This document shows positions 1 to 11,158 of a stretch of 64,000 bases of DNA, piece by piece (position 1 is the first letter of the stretch; each line of letters starts with the position of its first letter). The DNA is taken from assembly GCF_032191835.1 (NCBI RefSeq), contig NC_083232.1, forward strand, positions 62,062,001-62,126,000. Direction: 5' to 3'. The notes under the pieces are model-generated. The model had not been told where the DNA came from. It worked only from the letters and a program-made list of their open reading frames with translations, and did no database searches. The translations under genes were made by a program, and so were the position numbers. Source of the stretch: Heteronotia binoei (Eukaryota).

Positions 1-414
1 TTAGGAGGACCTCAGTATTTCTAATTCAGTAAAAAAAAAAAAATCAAGTACAATTGCCATCCTCCAGGTGGGCAGAAACAACAATAAGACCAAAAAAACT
101 TAACAAATGACATACAAGTATATTATTATATAGAACTACAAGAAGATATAACAGTAAAGTCATAGTCCATGAATGAACATCCTGTGGTACCCTAAAGACT
201 AACCATTTTAAAAACTCTAGTGCAAAACTCCCCAGCCTTTTTAATCCTGTGGGCACCTTTAGAATTCTGATACAAGGTGTTGGGTAGAACAATAAAAAAA
301 AAGGCTGCTGCAGGTGCTGGAGCCAACCACAGAGGACATTCAAGTGCAAGTGAATAGAAGAAGAAGAGACTGGATTTATACCCTGCCCTTCACTAAGAGT
401 CTCGGAATGGCTTA

Positions 415-494
415 CATAAGAACATAAGAGAAGCCATGTTGGATCAGGCCAATGGCCCATCCAGTCCAACACTCTGTATCACACAGTGGCCAAA

Positions 495-534
<40 letters not shown>

Positions 535-780
535 TGGCTAATAGCCACTGATGGACCTCTGCTCCATATTTTTATCCAATCCCCTCTTGAAGCTGGCTAT
601 GCTTGTAGCCGCCACTACCTCCTCTGGCAGTGAATTCCACATGTTAATCACCCTTTGGGTGAAGTACTTCCTTTTATCCGTTTTAACCGGCTGCTCAGCA
701 ATTTCATTGAATGCCCACGAGTTCTTGTATTGTGAGAAAGGGAGAAAAGGACTTCTTTCTCTACTTTCTCCATCCCATAC
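415..780 (-). mobile_element. CR1 LINE 3' end fragment
   Basis: (AAGAACAT)n tail; minus ORF 538..807 KTDKRKYFTQRVINMWNSLPEEVVAATSIASFKRGLDK is the CR1 ORF2 C-terminus. Confidence 0.9.
498..531. repeat. (CA)n microsatellite inside CR1 3' UTR
   Basis: direct reading. Confidence 0.95.
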
Positions 781-1048
781 AATCTCCTTCCTTTCCTCTC
801 CCCACAACAGACACCCTGTGAGATAGGTGGGGCTGAGAGGTTACAGAGAACTGCTCTTGAGAGAATAGCTCTGTGGGAACTATGGCTGATCCAAGATCAC
901 CCAGCAGCTGCATGTGAAGAAGTGGGGAATCAAACCCAGTTCTCCCAGATTAGCGTCTGCACACTTAACCACACCAAACTGACTTTTTAAATTTAGAGTT
1001 CTCACATTTAACCACTACACCAAAAGCTGTTTTGTCTTTTCCAGAGAA

Positions 1049-1200
1049 GAGAGCCAGTTTGGTATAGTGGTTGAGTGCATGGACTCTAATCTGGGAGAAC
1101 TGAGTTTGATTCCCTACTCTTCCACATGCAGCTACTGAGTAACCTTGGGTCATCCACAGTTCTTGCAGAGCTGTTCTCTCAAGAGCAGTCCTCTGAGAAC
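1049..1200 (+). mobile_element. tRNA-derived squamate SINE, 5' part
   Basis: GAGCCAGTTTGGTATAGTGGTTGAG..CTGAGTTTGATTCCC A/B-box-like head; related copy at ~13605-13770. Confidence 0.7.
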
Positions 1201-4126
1201 TTTCAGGTTTCCCAGATTAAAAAACCCTGGAAAAGACAAGAGAAAGAATAACCACTGTCACAGGGCAGGCAGCAAATCAGATCTCTCATGGCCAATCAGA
1301 AGCCATACTAGACCCCCACTTTCTGATAACACCTCGCAAGCAACAGGTAAGGTGTTGGAGGACCCATGCTCTAGCAATAGCTTCCACATAATACAGCCCA
1401 TTTTATGAGATACAAGTCTGGACTGTAATTCTGCCCAGTATGTTCTCCAAATGAAAAGGAAAACTTTTTTTCTTTTTCACAGACTTTCCCTCACAAACTT
1501 TTGATATAGTCAGTCGTGGTGTTTTTTGTCCACTGCTATTGTTTATCACAAAACACTGTTCAAATCCTAAAACAAAGCAGCATGACAGGTGGCTACCAAT
1601 TACAACTGTAACATCCTACAGATCTGACAGAGTAAAAGAAAAAGATTAACACATTGAGACATGTTCAGCTAAAACATACCCTGCTAATATCTAAGCTGCC
1701 ACAGCAGATTTTGTTACACTGTAAGAAACAAACTTGTGGTGGTGGGACAAATAAATAAATCAGATAAAAAAACTTCCATTATATCTCTCACATGGTTTGC
1801 CAGATCTGGTACAGTAGACAAATGTTTTCAGGCAGTGGTATCCCACATAGTCCATTAATTAGACTCTATGTTTTTAAAAGTCCAGTGCAGCAGCCAGGGA
1901 AAAGATGAAGGGTTGATTGAATGCTCTGGGGAAAGTCATCTTGGGCTTTTCATTCTCCACCCCCTGCTTTGCTTTTCTGCCTTCTAGCAACTCCTTGCAT
2001 CAATGAGGCAGAAATACATCTAACCATTGCTCCTAGGCTTCCCTGGGGAGGTTCTCGAGACACACACAAAGGTTCATCTTCTTAGACCTGGAGTGCAATT
2101 CATCCATGTTCACACCAGTCCATGTTAGGGAATAAGGTATCAAATAAGCAAGGTGTGCAGGTGAGACCTAGATTAGGGAACACATACTGAAGGATTTCAT
2201 TAAATTATATGAGAAGATAGATGAGGAAAAGAGAAAACAATAGAAAGAGTAATAAGAAGAGTGAAAGAATGGAATGGCCCAACCAGAGCAGTTCTAGCAA
2301 TCAAAACTTGTTGTACTTTATAAATACTAGTACATTTTATCTTAATTTCTGGTGCTGTACAGCTGAGTTAAGGTACCTCATCTTTCACTCAGCAAGCAAT
2401 CAATGAGGCCAGGATAGATAATAGTAATCATCATTTTGGTAGGTAAGCTGGGAAATCTCATTATGCCCTGTACCAGGCTGTTGTGTAGGAGGTTTCTGGA
2501 TCAGGGCCACTGTGTTTCCTTCTGAATGCTTATGAACATTTTCTGCTGTGTGCTGGAATGTTTTCATTTTCTTAACAAGATGTTAGTTTTGCAAAAAAAG
2601 AAAAAAGCCTTGCACCTCCCTTAATTTTTTTGAAACTTAGTGGGTGTTTTGAGGAGAGGCACTGGATGCTATGCTGAAAATTTGCTGTCTCTACCTCAAA
2701 AAACAGCCCCCGCTAGATACCCACAGATCAGTTTTCCATTATTGGTCTTCATAGAGTATAATGGAGTGCCCAGCAGACATCCCCCCACAATCTGATGACC
2801 CGGAAGTGGCCTCTAAACTGAGAGATCTCCTGCCCCCAATTGGGGATGGTGGCACCCAGCTGCACATCTTCCCCTGCCTTCCCCACCCTGCATGCCCAGA
2901 ATATTGGGCTGCCACCTGCTCCTGGTCCTGGGTTGGGTAGGTCCAGGGTAGCTGAGCCATTTCAGGCCTACTCTTGGCTGATGCTGCTCCTGTGGCACCA
3001 TCTGATGATGCCATGGGTGTTTTGTAGCTGGAACAATGCTGCACGGAGCTCTGGACCTAGCTCCCTCCTGTAGCTGCGACCAAAGCTCCTGCTCCTTGTT
3101 CCAGCAGTATCATCCACAATCCAAATAGGTCCCAGTCACTCCTTTCCCTTTCCACAGTTTTTGCAGTGCCAGGGGATGGTGGTGACTTTGAATGCCCCCA
3201 ACCAGGGCAAGTCTGTGCTCAGTGCCAGAAGCCCAGCTGAGCTGGGGCCAGGGGTTGGCACCAGACATAAAAACAGCCAAAGACAAAAGAAATGAGAATA
3301 AATGCAAAGGAGGAAAAATATGAAGACTTATGCTATATATTACTTCAGATCGCGCTAGCCAAAAAGCACCTAAATACAAGACACATTTATTTAATTACCA
3401 CACAATCCAATTTTAAATACTTTAGTAGTATTGCTCATCAGAATTCCGAAGCAACATTACTGGCCAGAGCCCTGAGGAGAATGTTGGCCAAGCTTGGAAG
3501 ATTTTGTGGTTTTTCCTTTCCCAAATTCACATATGGATTTCATTTTGAGTCTGGGTTTTGCCACTTGCACTTGGTTTTGCTCAGAAATAACATCACACTG
3601 CATAAATAATAAAGCACAGCTGAACGTACTGAAGTTTTAATCAAGCTGGTTAGTAAAGTTGGTTAAGAAACTGAAATGTTTGTATGTAAGATTATTTTCA
3701 TTGGCCAATGAAATATAATTTTCAGTGAAATAACTGAAATGCGCGGTATTCTGCTTTCCATAAATCTTTCAGCTGGTACACTTTACAGGAACAAATGCTG
3801 CAGAAAACAAATGTTAACATCATCTTCAAAGGACAGAGTGGGGTGGCTAGGACATAGACCATTTGTGTTCAATGCTCAGTCCTGCCAAGAAACTTTTTAT
3901 TCTGTTTTTGGTAGCCTTGTCTAACAGCGCAACCCAAAGCAGACTTATACCCTTCTGAGTCCACTGAAGGCAATAGTCTTAGAAAGGAATAACCTTCTTT
4001 AGATTCCACTGGCAATCACTTAAAGTAAATCAACAAACATTAAGAGTTCTATACAGACAAGCAGCATTGCATTGTGATCATGCTGTTATTTATAAATATT
4101 TTGGGGTAAAATTCATTCCTGGCTGC

Positions 4127-4149
4127 ATTATTATTATTATTATTATTAT
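4127..4149. repeat. (ATT)n microsatellite
   Basis: direct reading. Confidence 0.9.
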
Positions 4150-4797
4150 TTGGCAGAATGCATAGATTCCCATGGGGATGCACAGAGGAGGGAATCTCAT
4201 GTTTCCATTCCTTGTCTTCCTTTTGGGTCTGTTTTTGCCTACCCAGCAATTTGCAGGTTTCCCCCCTTTTCCCCTTTCTTCCACCAGCCCCCTATTTCTG
4301 TTTTTCCCCTGGTAGTCTGTACCCCCCCAATTCACTTACCCAACTTTTCTATGCCCCCCCGGTTGAAATAAAGAGTCAGAAACAATAACTGGATTAAACT
4401 AAGGGCCACTTTATTTAATTTATTAATAAACGGCAAGGGCTAAATGGAATCTGTGGCCTGGTCACGGCCAGGGGTCTCAACAGACACCTCCCCTGCCATT
4501 TAATGGGCGAGCAACCCAGCCCCTGGCTAGAGCCATACACCACAGCTCACACCAGGCCAGCTCAGTAAAAGGCCACAAACCAGGAAGGTCCAACCATGAG
4601 CCGGGCAACTCAATGAAAGGAACCTTCCAGGTAAGTCCCAAAGGACAGTCTGCATTCTCCCACCCCAGACCGGCAAACCCAAGGGTTGTTCCTGACAAAC
4701 CCCTAACCCCACAAAAGGGGGATGCTTTCTGGTCCTCCCCTAGTCGCATAAGCTCATTAACCACAGAAACCTGCCACCCCTAAGGCCAAGCCTCTGC

Positions 4798-5390
4798 TTA
4801 GGCCTTAGCACCCACTGGGAGACCCAAGGCCACCCACAGCCCTTGCCAAAGGTCTCCCAAGAAGAGATCATTACCCTCATCCGAAAGATGAATGCCATCA
4901 CCCCTATAGAGGTGGGGACAACTAATATGAATGTCCGGATGAGGCAAGTAGTAGCCCAAACTGTCTTCCAAGGCTCTCGGAATTATTTTATTAGCCTTGT
5001 GACAGGCCTGTCGATGCCCAAAGGGTCCCAAACACCATGCCAAAAAAGGCGGGGATCATGGCCAACCAAATTATAATGGTCCCAGGCCATCTCTCCTTGA
5101 TAGCCCTAAAATCCTCTTCTGCCTGCAGGACCAAAGCTGTGCCCTTCATCAGCCCAAGATCATTACCTCCCAGGTGTATAACTAAGACCTGGGGAGGAAG
5201 GCAAGCACTCCCTTGAAATAACAATGGCAACAGCCCAGGCCAATGAAGGCCCCTGGGTCCCCGCCATTCAATGGTAACCCACTGGCTGAGTTCCAGCTGA
5301 GCGCTGACTGAAGTTCTCCGAGCCTGATGAGCAGCCCAAAACACATAACTGTGTCCACAGATGAGAACAAGGCTCTTCTGGCCAGGAACA
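4798..5390 (-). pseudogene. SGNH/GDSL-like hydrolase ORF of the YR element (frameshifted)
   Basis: block I LICGHSYVFW, block III IHLGGNDLG, block V LYRGDGIHLS split across ORFs 4991..5344 and 4798..5043. Confidence 0.85.
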
Positions 5391-5462
5391 ACAGCATCTA
5401 AAAAGAAAAACAGTTAAACTAGCAACAATAACCACAAACTCCAATCTAAAACCCTCCATGAG

Positions 5463-5951
5463 CTAGGGACTGAGCAGGAGGCAAACATAGGCTTTATAAG
5501 CTGCTGAGTGCCAAAGGCCCAGATGCTGAACGGTCGAAGAAGGATAACCCAGGGTGGCAGCTGTAGAGGCCGCCCCAATTCTAATGGAGTGGGTACCAAA
5601 CCGCACCCCAGACAACCCGAGCTTAGCTAAAGCCCAAGTAGTCACAGCCCAAAATTGATGTTCTGTCAATGGACTGCCATTGACATGACAAAACAAAAAT
5701 CCCTCCCTAGGACCGCGTATTGCCAAATAGGCAGTCAGAGCAGAAACTGGACACAACTCCAGCTCAGAACATGTGCCCAGCTCCAAAACAGTTCCCTTGT
5801 GACGCTGGTCAGTCTTGGAGCGTCGAACGGTGATGACCGCCTTACTCTCAACTAACCTCAGATCCTGTAGTAACAAAGCACTACCAGAAACATCATTTCT
5901 GGAGTGTGCCACTAGCTCACTGACTCTAAGGGCCCCAAAGAAGGCAACCAA
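5463..5951 (-). pseudogene. Tyrosine recombinase, catalytic C-terminal domain (N-terminus deleted)
   Basis: FFGALRVSEL (R), RRSKTDQ (K), GTHSIRIGAAS (HxxR), LGLWHS (W), AYKAY (Y): lambda-integrase-fold catalytic residues. Confidence 0.9.
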
Positions 5952-5974
5952 GGAAGCAGCATGAAATAGTGTGG

Positions 5975-6152
5975 AATTCCAGAAGCCTCCTCCAGAGCCC
6001 TAAGCCTTTGCAAAATAGCAACATTTACCACCTCATCACCCTCCTCATCCGAAGATGATAAAGGGGGAGCTGGCCTCTTAGGCGGGGCCCTAGAAGCCTT
6101 AGGTATGGGATGTTTTCCCTTGGACTTCCCCATCCCTTTTTCCCCAGGCATT
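5975..6152 (-). pseudogene. N-terminal remnant of a gag-like ORF1 of the YR element
   Basis: MPGEKGMGKSKGKHPIPKASRAPPKRPAPPLSSSDEEGDEVVNVAILQRLRALEE: basic/Pro-rich start plus short coiled coil, then abrupt switch to YR sequence in another frame; gag assignment is inference from position. Confidence 0.5.
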
Positions 6153-7925
6153 TTAACAATACTGGCCTGAACTACTAAGAGCAAAAAACTGCCAAAAATT
6201 CCACTAAAATGGCCGCTCCTGCACAGTACCTAAAATGGCTGCCACCTTCTTCAGCAAGAAAGCCCCCAGGGACAATAGCAAAGCTGCAGCCAAAATGGCC
6301 CCTTCTCCACAGCTCCCAAAATGGCTGCCCTCTGATTCAAAAAGACAGCCACAAAGGGGACATAAAAATGGCTGCTGCAACACTATAGCTAAATTACCCC
6401 CCCCAAAAAAATTGGGGGGGGGGGGTAGAGGCCTTTCACATCACTCACTACCTGATCCAATACCAACAAGGGAAAAAGTGGCTTCCACAATACTGCCCCC
6501 ACACCCAATCCCCAGAGGAGTTTGCACTCCATGCTAGCAAAAAGCCTAATCCAAGAAACACCTTTTTAAAAAGAGGGGGGGGGAGAGGGGGAGGGAAGAA
6601 AGAAAGCTGGAAGAAAAGGGGAACTGACAAGACCAGAGACAGCAAGCAAAAATGCTCCTGCCCAGCCACTTAATCTTCACTTAAGGATCACCTAAGAAAC
6701 AACTGAAACTGATAAGATCTAAGCAGGAGCAAGCTAAAAGCTCTCCTGCCTAGACCAATCACCAGATGGAGACTGGCATGAGCGGGGAAGGCACGCTGCT
6801 GCTGCAGCCAGCCCCACCCCCAAGCACAAGCCCATTGGGTTGTCAATCTTCCTCTCTTCCCCCAAGGGTGGCAAATGTGTCCCTCTGTCCTTACAGTGAG
6901 GCTGCAGGTGTTTGGGACAAATTTCTCCCATCCTCAGTTTTGCCTTTTTACCTTTTCTGCCACTCCCTGCAACTTTATCTTCCCTTCTTCTATCTTTTGC
7001 TTTTTTTTTTTTATCTGTCTTTCTCCACACTGACAATAAGTGAGGCTTGGATTTTTTCTCTCCCACTTTTAACATTTTATATTTCCCTGCAAACCTAGGG
7101 CTTCCTTGGGTCTGTAGAAAAATACTCCTTGTCTGATCCTGGCTTCATTGTTGAGGTTTTTGGATTCCTGGTCTATGGCCCACTTCTGAGTAAGATATAA
7201 TGATGTTCCAAAAGACAAAGCCTGTGGGTTTAGAAGCTGAAACTGAGTGGAGTTACACAGACAGTTTTCTTTTCTTTTTTTGAAATCAAAGAAAGCACCT
7301 GGATCATAAAGCAATTCTGCAATAAAACCATGGGATATTTTTTTTTTTGTCTCAAATAATGGAACCCATCGGGGTCATTGAGGTAAAATACACTCCATGA
7401 GGTTTTTTATCCCTCTGTAGAGCCAGAAAAGTGTTGTTAATCTTTGTTAAGTTCTATGAGTTATTAAATATGTAAACAAGGAGGGAAAAATTCTAAAAAA
7501 ACCACTCTACCTCACATTAAAGTGTTATTATATAGGCTGTGGAACACCTTGGATTCTATCACCAAAACCAGGTTTATTTTATTTTATACTATCTTGAGAT
7601 GCATTGGAATTTGATTTGGGGTTTGTGAGTATACCCCAATTACAGATGTGTATATTATTTTCTGCTATGGGAAGCTTCTATTTGCACCATTGAGTAAATG
7701 TGCATATGTCCCATTGGTCAAGGGGTAATGCCTAGCTAGGACAATAACCAAGCTTTGTATTAGAGCAAGGAGAAGGTAGTGGCGGAATGGGTCTAAAAAT
7801 ATTGGTTGCCAGGAGACATAGGGGACCCACCCACAACTGTAAGGCTATCATTTAATTTTTGTAAGAAATAAATAAAAATTTTAAAAACACATAAGTGGAA
7901 AAAAGGTACAATTAAAGCTTTTGCG

Positions 7926-7927
<2 letters not shown>

Positions 7928-7987
<60 letters not shown>
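7928..7987. repeat. (TA)n microsatellite (~30 units)
   Basis: direct reading. Confidence 0.95.
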
Positions 7988-7990
<3 letters not shown>

Positions 7991-9078
7991 TAATTACAGT
8001 GTACATATATTGTACATATTACTGGCATTATACAGTTGATACTAAATGTAAATACAGATTGCGTTTTCTCCAGGGAAGCTGATCTCTGCCAGCTGAAAAT
8101 CAGTTGCAAAAGCAGAAGATCCCCAGGTCCCACCTGGAGGCTGGCAACCCTAAATACCATGTAAATTTTAGTTGCATTACAGTAATAATACTGGAACTTC
8201 TATTATTGTTTCAAGCTACTAAAAGGTCATTAACATTTTTAACATATTGTCTAATGTTTAAGGGGGCCCACTTGCCATCGGGCAAGCTGACACCCTGGCC
8301 AGTCCACCACTGGAAGAAGGTAACCCCCCGGCATGCACATCCAACAGACTATTTTGCTTAGCACAGAGGACAAGTTATCTGCTCAAGCCTTGATGCAATG
8401 GCAGCATCACAGTGGCTAGCACTTTGGTAGAAGGCAATAAGCATGGCTTATGCCTGTCATCGTCTCCCAGACCAATACAGCCAGTAGCCAGGTATGAGGC
8501 TTGCTTTCAGTGGGTGTAGCCAAGTACAGCCCTCACTCCATTCTTCTGTTTCCCAACACAATGAAATTCTCACAGGTAGACACTGTGAGTTATTTGGCAG
8601 TTGGGCAGGTTTTGGGCTGCCATGCTCATCTGACAGATAGGCAACCTTCCCTGGTGGGCTTTGGAGGTATAAAAACTTTGCTTGGGCCTCTGTTTGGGTT
8701 GTGTTGTTGCTGGGCCTTTCTTCCTTGTCCTCTACCACTCCACCCCAGAGACACCGCATTGAGGGGGCCACAGTCACATCCTTTCATAATGGTTGGCTAC
8801 ACCCATGTGTACCATTCAAATGGATGATCTTGGTACTACACAGAGGGTGGATGTCGCTGGGGTTGCTCAGGACTTCAGTGGGTTTGCTATCCAATTTGTA
8901 GTTTGCAGAGAAACACATGTTGTGTCCTGCACACACACATAGTATGCCCACAGGGAACCAACCAGGGGACCTGCTCTTACACCAGTGGCCAACTACCACA
9001 GCTGCAGCAACTCTCACAATTAGGCTATAACACTGCAATCCAAAAGATCCTTTTTTGAGAGTAAGCCCCATTAAATAT

Positions 9079-9357
9079 TGTAATGTACTGAGTGACGAGA
9101 CGTGTTGAAGGCAACATGCTTTATTAGCGAATACATCACAAGGCAGGGCAATGCGGGCCGGGTCCCGATTATGTACATACCCCAGAACAACCCTCCATCT
9201 GGCCAGGTCCAATCCTGGCCAGTTAAACTTCCCGCCATAGATCTTGATTGGCGGAGCGTATTTGCGGAGCTACATCCAGGGACCAGTGGACTTTCACTGG
9301 TCACCTCCGTAGTGTCTGCTGTGTTGTAATTTCGGGATTGAAATGCAAGACACAACA
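9079..9357 (-). mobile_element. Solo LTR, 279 bp
   Basis: TG...CA ends, perfect 5-bp TSD AATAT (9074-9078 / 9358-9362), AATAAA about 40 nt before the minus-strand end. Confidence 0.8.
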
Positions 9358-10884
9358 AATATCATGGCATTTACTTCTGAGTAAGTTCTGCTTAGGAGAG
9401 CTCCCTAACAACTATGATAATTGACCCCATGTGACTACATTTCAAGGGGACTGGAAATATAACCTTTCAGTGAGGCGGGTGGGGGGGGGGAGAGAATATG
9501 AATACTGCACCCAAGGGTTGATGTGTGCACATTATGGTATAAATTGGAAACCACTTAAATTTGTGCCTCATGACTGATGTTTGCAGTAACTTGTGTGGAT
9601 AAGAAAGTTTCTCTGTATTGTAGCAGACATATTTTGGCCATTTGAGGATGAGAAAAGCAGTTGATCTGTGTGGTGGGCTGCTTCACATGAATAGTTCTCC
9701 ACATTAACAGGCACCACACTGTATTTTAAAGTAGCATCCATGTGGTTGCAGTAATGTGAAACAGCTGTAAAAGTTAGAGAATTATTTGATTGCTCATGAT
9801 CCAAAAATAAAATAATTTCCATATTGTAGACACTGTATCATAAATATACAGATATAATCAGATCTTCTTCTGGGCTACTTATAGAGGGTTTAAGTGCCTA
9901 TTCATTGAAAAACAACAACTGTACTTACATTATGATACAAACTGCTAGCACCCTCTCCATTGAGAAAATCTGATATTGCTTAAGACAGGTACTGTTCTGT
10001 ATCTATTACTGGTGCCGCCTCTGGTGGCAGCAGTTTTAATGATCCCTAAACTTTTTAATAAACCACCTTCCATTCCATTTTTTTTTTTTTGCTGACACAA
10101 CATATCAATTTATTTTTAAATGCAGCTCAAGTTCAAAAGCAAGCACTCATGACAAATAATGTCCTAAAAGCACTTCAAACTTTATTCACTTTCATAATTT
10201 CTCTGCTAAAGGGGGGGGGGGGGCTTCCCCAGCCAGGCATTTTTGAATTAAATGAAGGTGGCATTGTGAAGCAAAATAATCTTCACTAGGGGCTAGCTTG
10301 AACTAACCAGAGTTCTTTTCCCTTGCAGCCTACTTTAAAATCTAGGTCTCCAAAAGTTAAAGAGAGGCAATTGCATTAACCTACATTCTTATTAAGCCTT
10401 ATTAATTTGCTTTTCAAATGATGACTATTTTTGAAAGTCATCCATCTACAGAGATTTGGAAGGGAAGGAAAGACGACTGCATTCCTGAATTCCCTGAGGG
10501 AAACTATCCATGATTAATTCCATTGCTTTGACCTCTTTCCACATTACATTGTGCTCTGAGCTTCCAGGTGTATTACAGATAGGTATTAGTGGTGGCACCA
10601 TTTGCACCCTAGTCATTGATAGTCCCTGTTATGTAATTATTTTCATTGTTACTGTAGTGCTTTAGTGTTATCCCTTGCCCTTCTGCATTTCCAGTGCCAA
10701 ATCTCAACTTCACAGCCATTGTCTGATTTCTTCACAATCTTTCTCATGCCCCAGTAGCTAGATTTTCAGTCAGATGGTTGAAATTGCCTCCAGTTTTACT
10801 TTCTGAAGCTACAATATTAGTAAAACTTAAAGCAATGTATACATTATTCTAAATCCATTGAACTTTGGTTAGGATTGCACTACT

Positions 10885-11114
10885 CAGTTCCGCAGGGCCT
10901 GTAAGACGACCTTCTTCCGGTTAGCCTACGCCTGACTGGACAAATGTAGCTCTCTAGATATCTGTGATACTGTATAGTTAATATTAATTTTAGGTTTTTA
11001 GGTTTTTAAATGTCGATTTTAAATGTAACTAATTTATTCCGATTTTACTGTTTTATTGTTTGTTGTAAGCCGCCCTGAGCCACCCGTGGGAAGGGCGGGA
11101 TATAAATCCCGGAA

Positions 11115-11157
<43 letters not shown>

Positions 11158-11158
11158 A
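10885..11158 (+). mobile_element. L2-type LINE 3' end with (TAAA)n tail
   Basis: CAGTTCCGCAGGGCCTGTAAGAC and GTAAGCCGCCCTGAGCC match the 3' end of the 15875-17367 element; (AAAT)n at ~11112-11158. Confidence 0.8.

Larger units (their letters stand above)
360..985 (-). mobile_element. tRNA-derived squamate SINE, split by a CR1 insertion at ~415-780
   Basis: GGCTTACA (left of CR1) joins ATCTCCTTCC..CCCCACAACAGACACCCTGTGAG (right) to rebuild the SINE body seen again at ~40460-40640; tRNA-like head reads AGTGGTTAAGTGTGCAGAC on minus near 950-975. Confidence 0.7.
4352..6700 (-). mobile_element. Internally deleted DIRS/Ngaro-type tyrosine-recombinase retroelement (5' UTR, gag-like start, YR, SGNH hydrolase, 3' terminus); right boundary uncertain (~6700-6900)
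   Basis: YR and SGNH motifs; 3' end AATAAAGTGGCCC..TGACTCTTTATT..GGGGGGCA shared with 25960-26031 and 23800-23860; no RT/RNase H between the gag-like ORF and YR. Confidence 0.8.

Noticed and set aside
44-472. 142-aa minus ORF
   Set aside because: Chimeric across CR1, SINE and unique DNA; no motif.
3696-3713. 18-bp perfect palindrome TTTCATTGGCCAATGAAA with back-to-back CCAAT
   Set aside because: Too short to call a promoter without a TSS or conservation data.
4200-4350. Possible inverted terminal repeat matching 6600-6625 (DIRS1-type ITR), and an 11-bp match between ~6815 and ~23680
   Set aside because: Short, low-complexity purine/pyrimidine matches; could be chance.
8784-9358. ORFs of 142 and 95 aa as a host gene
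   Set aside because: They overlap a TSD-flanked solo LTR and show no recognisable protein motifs.
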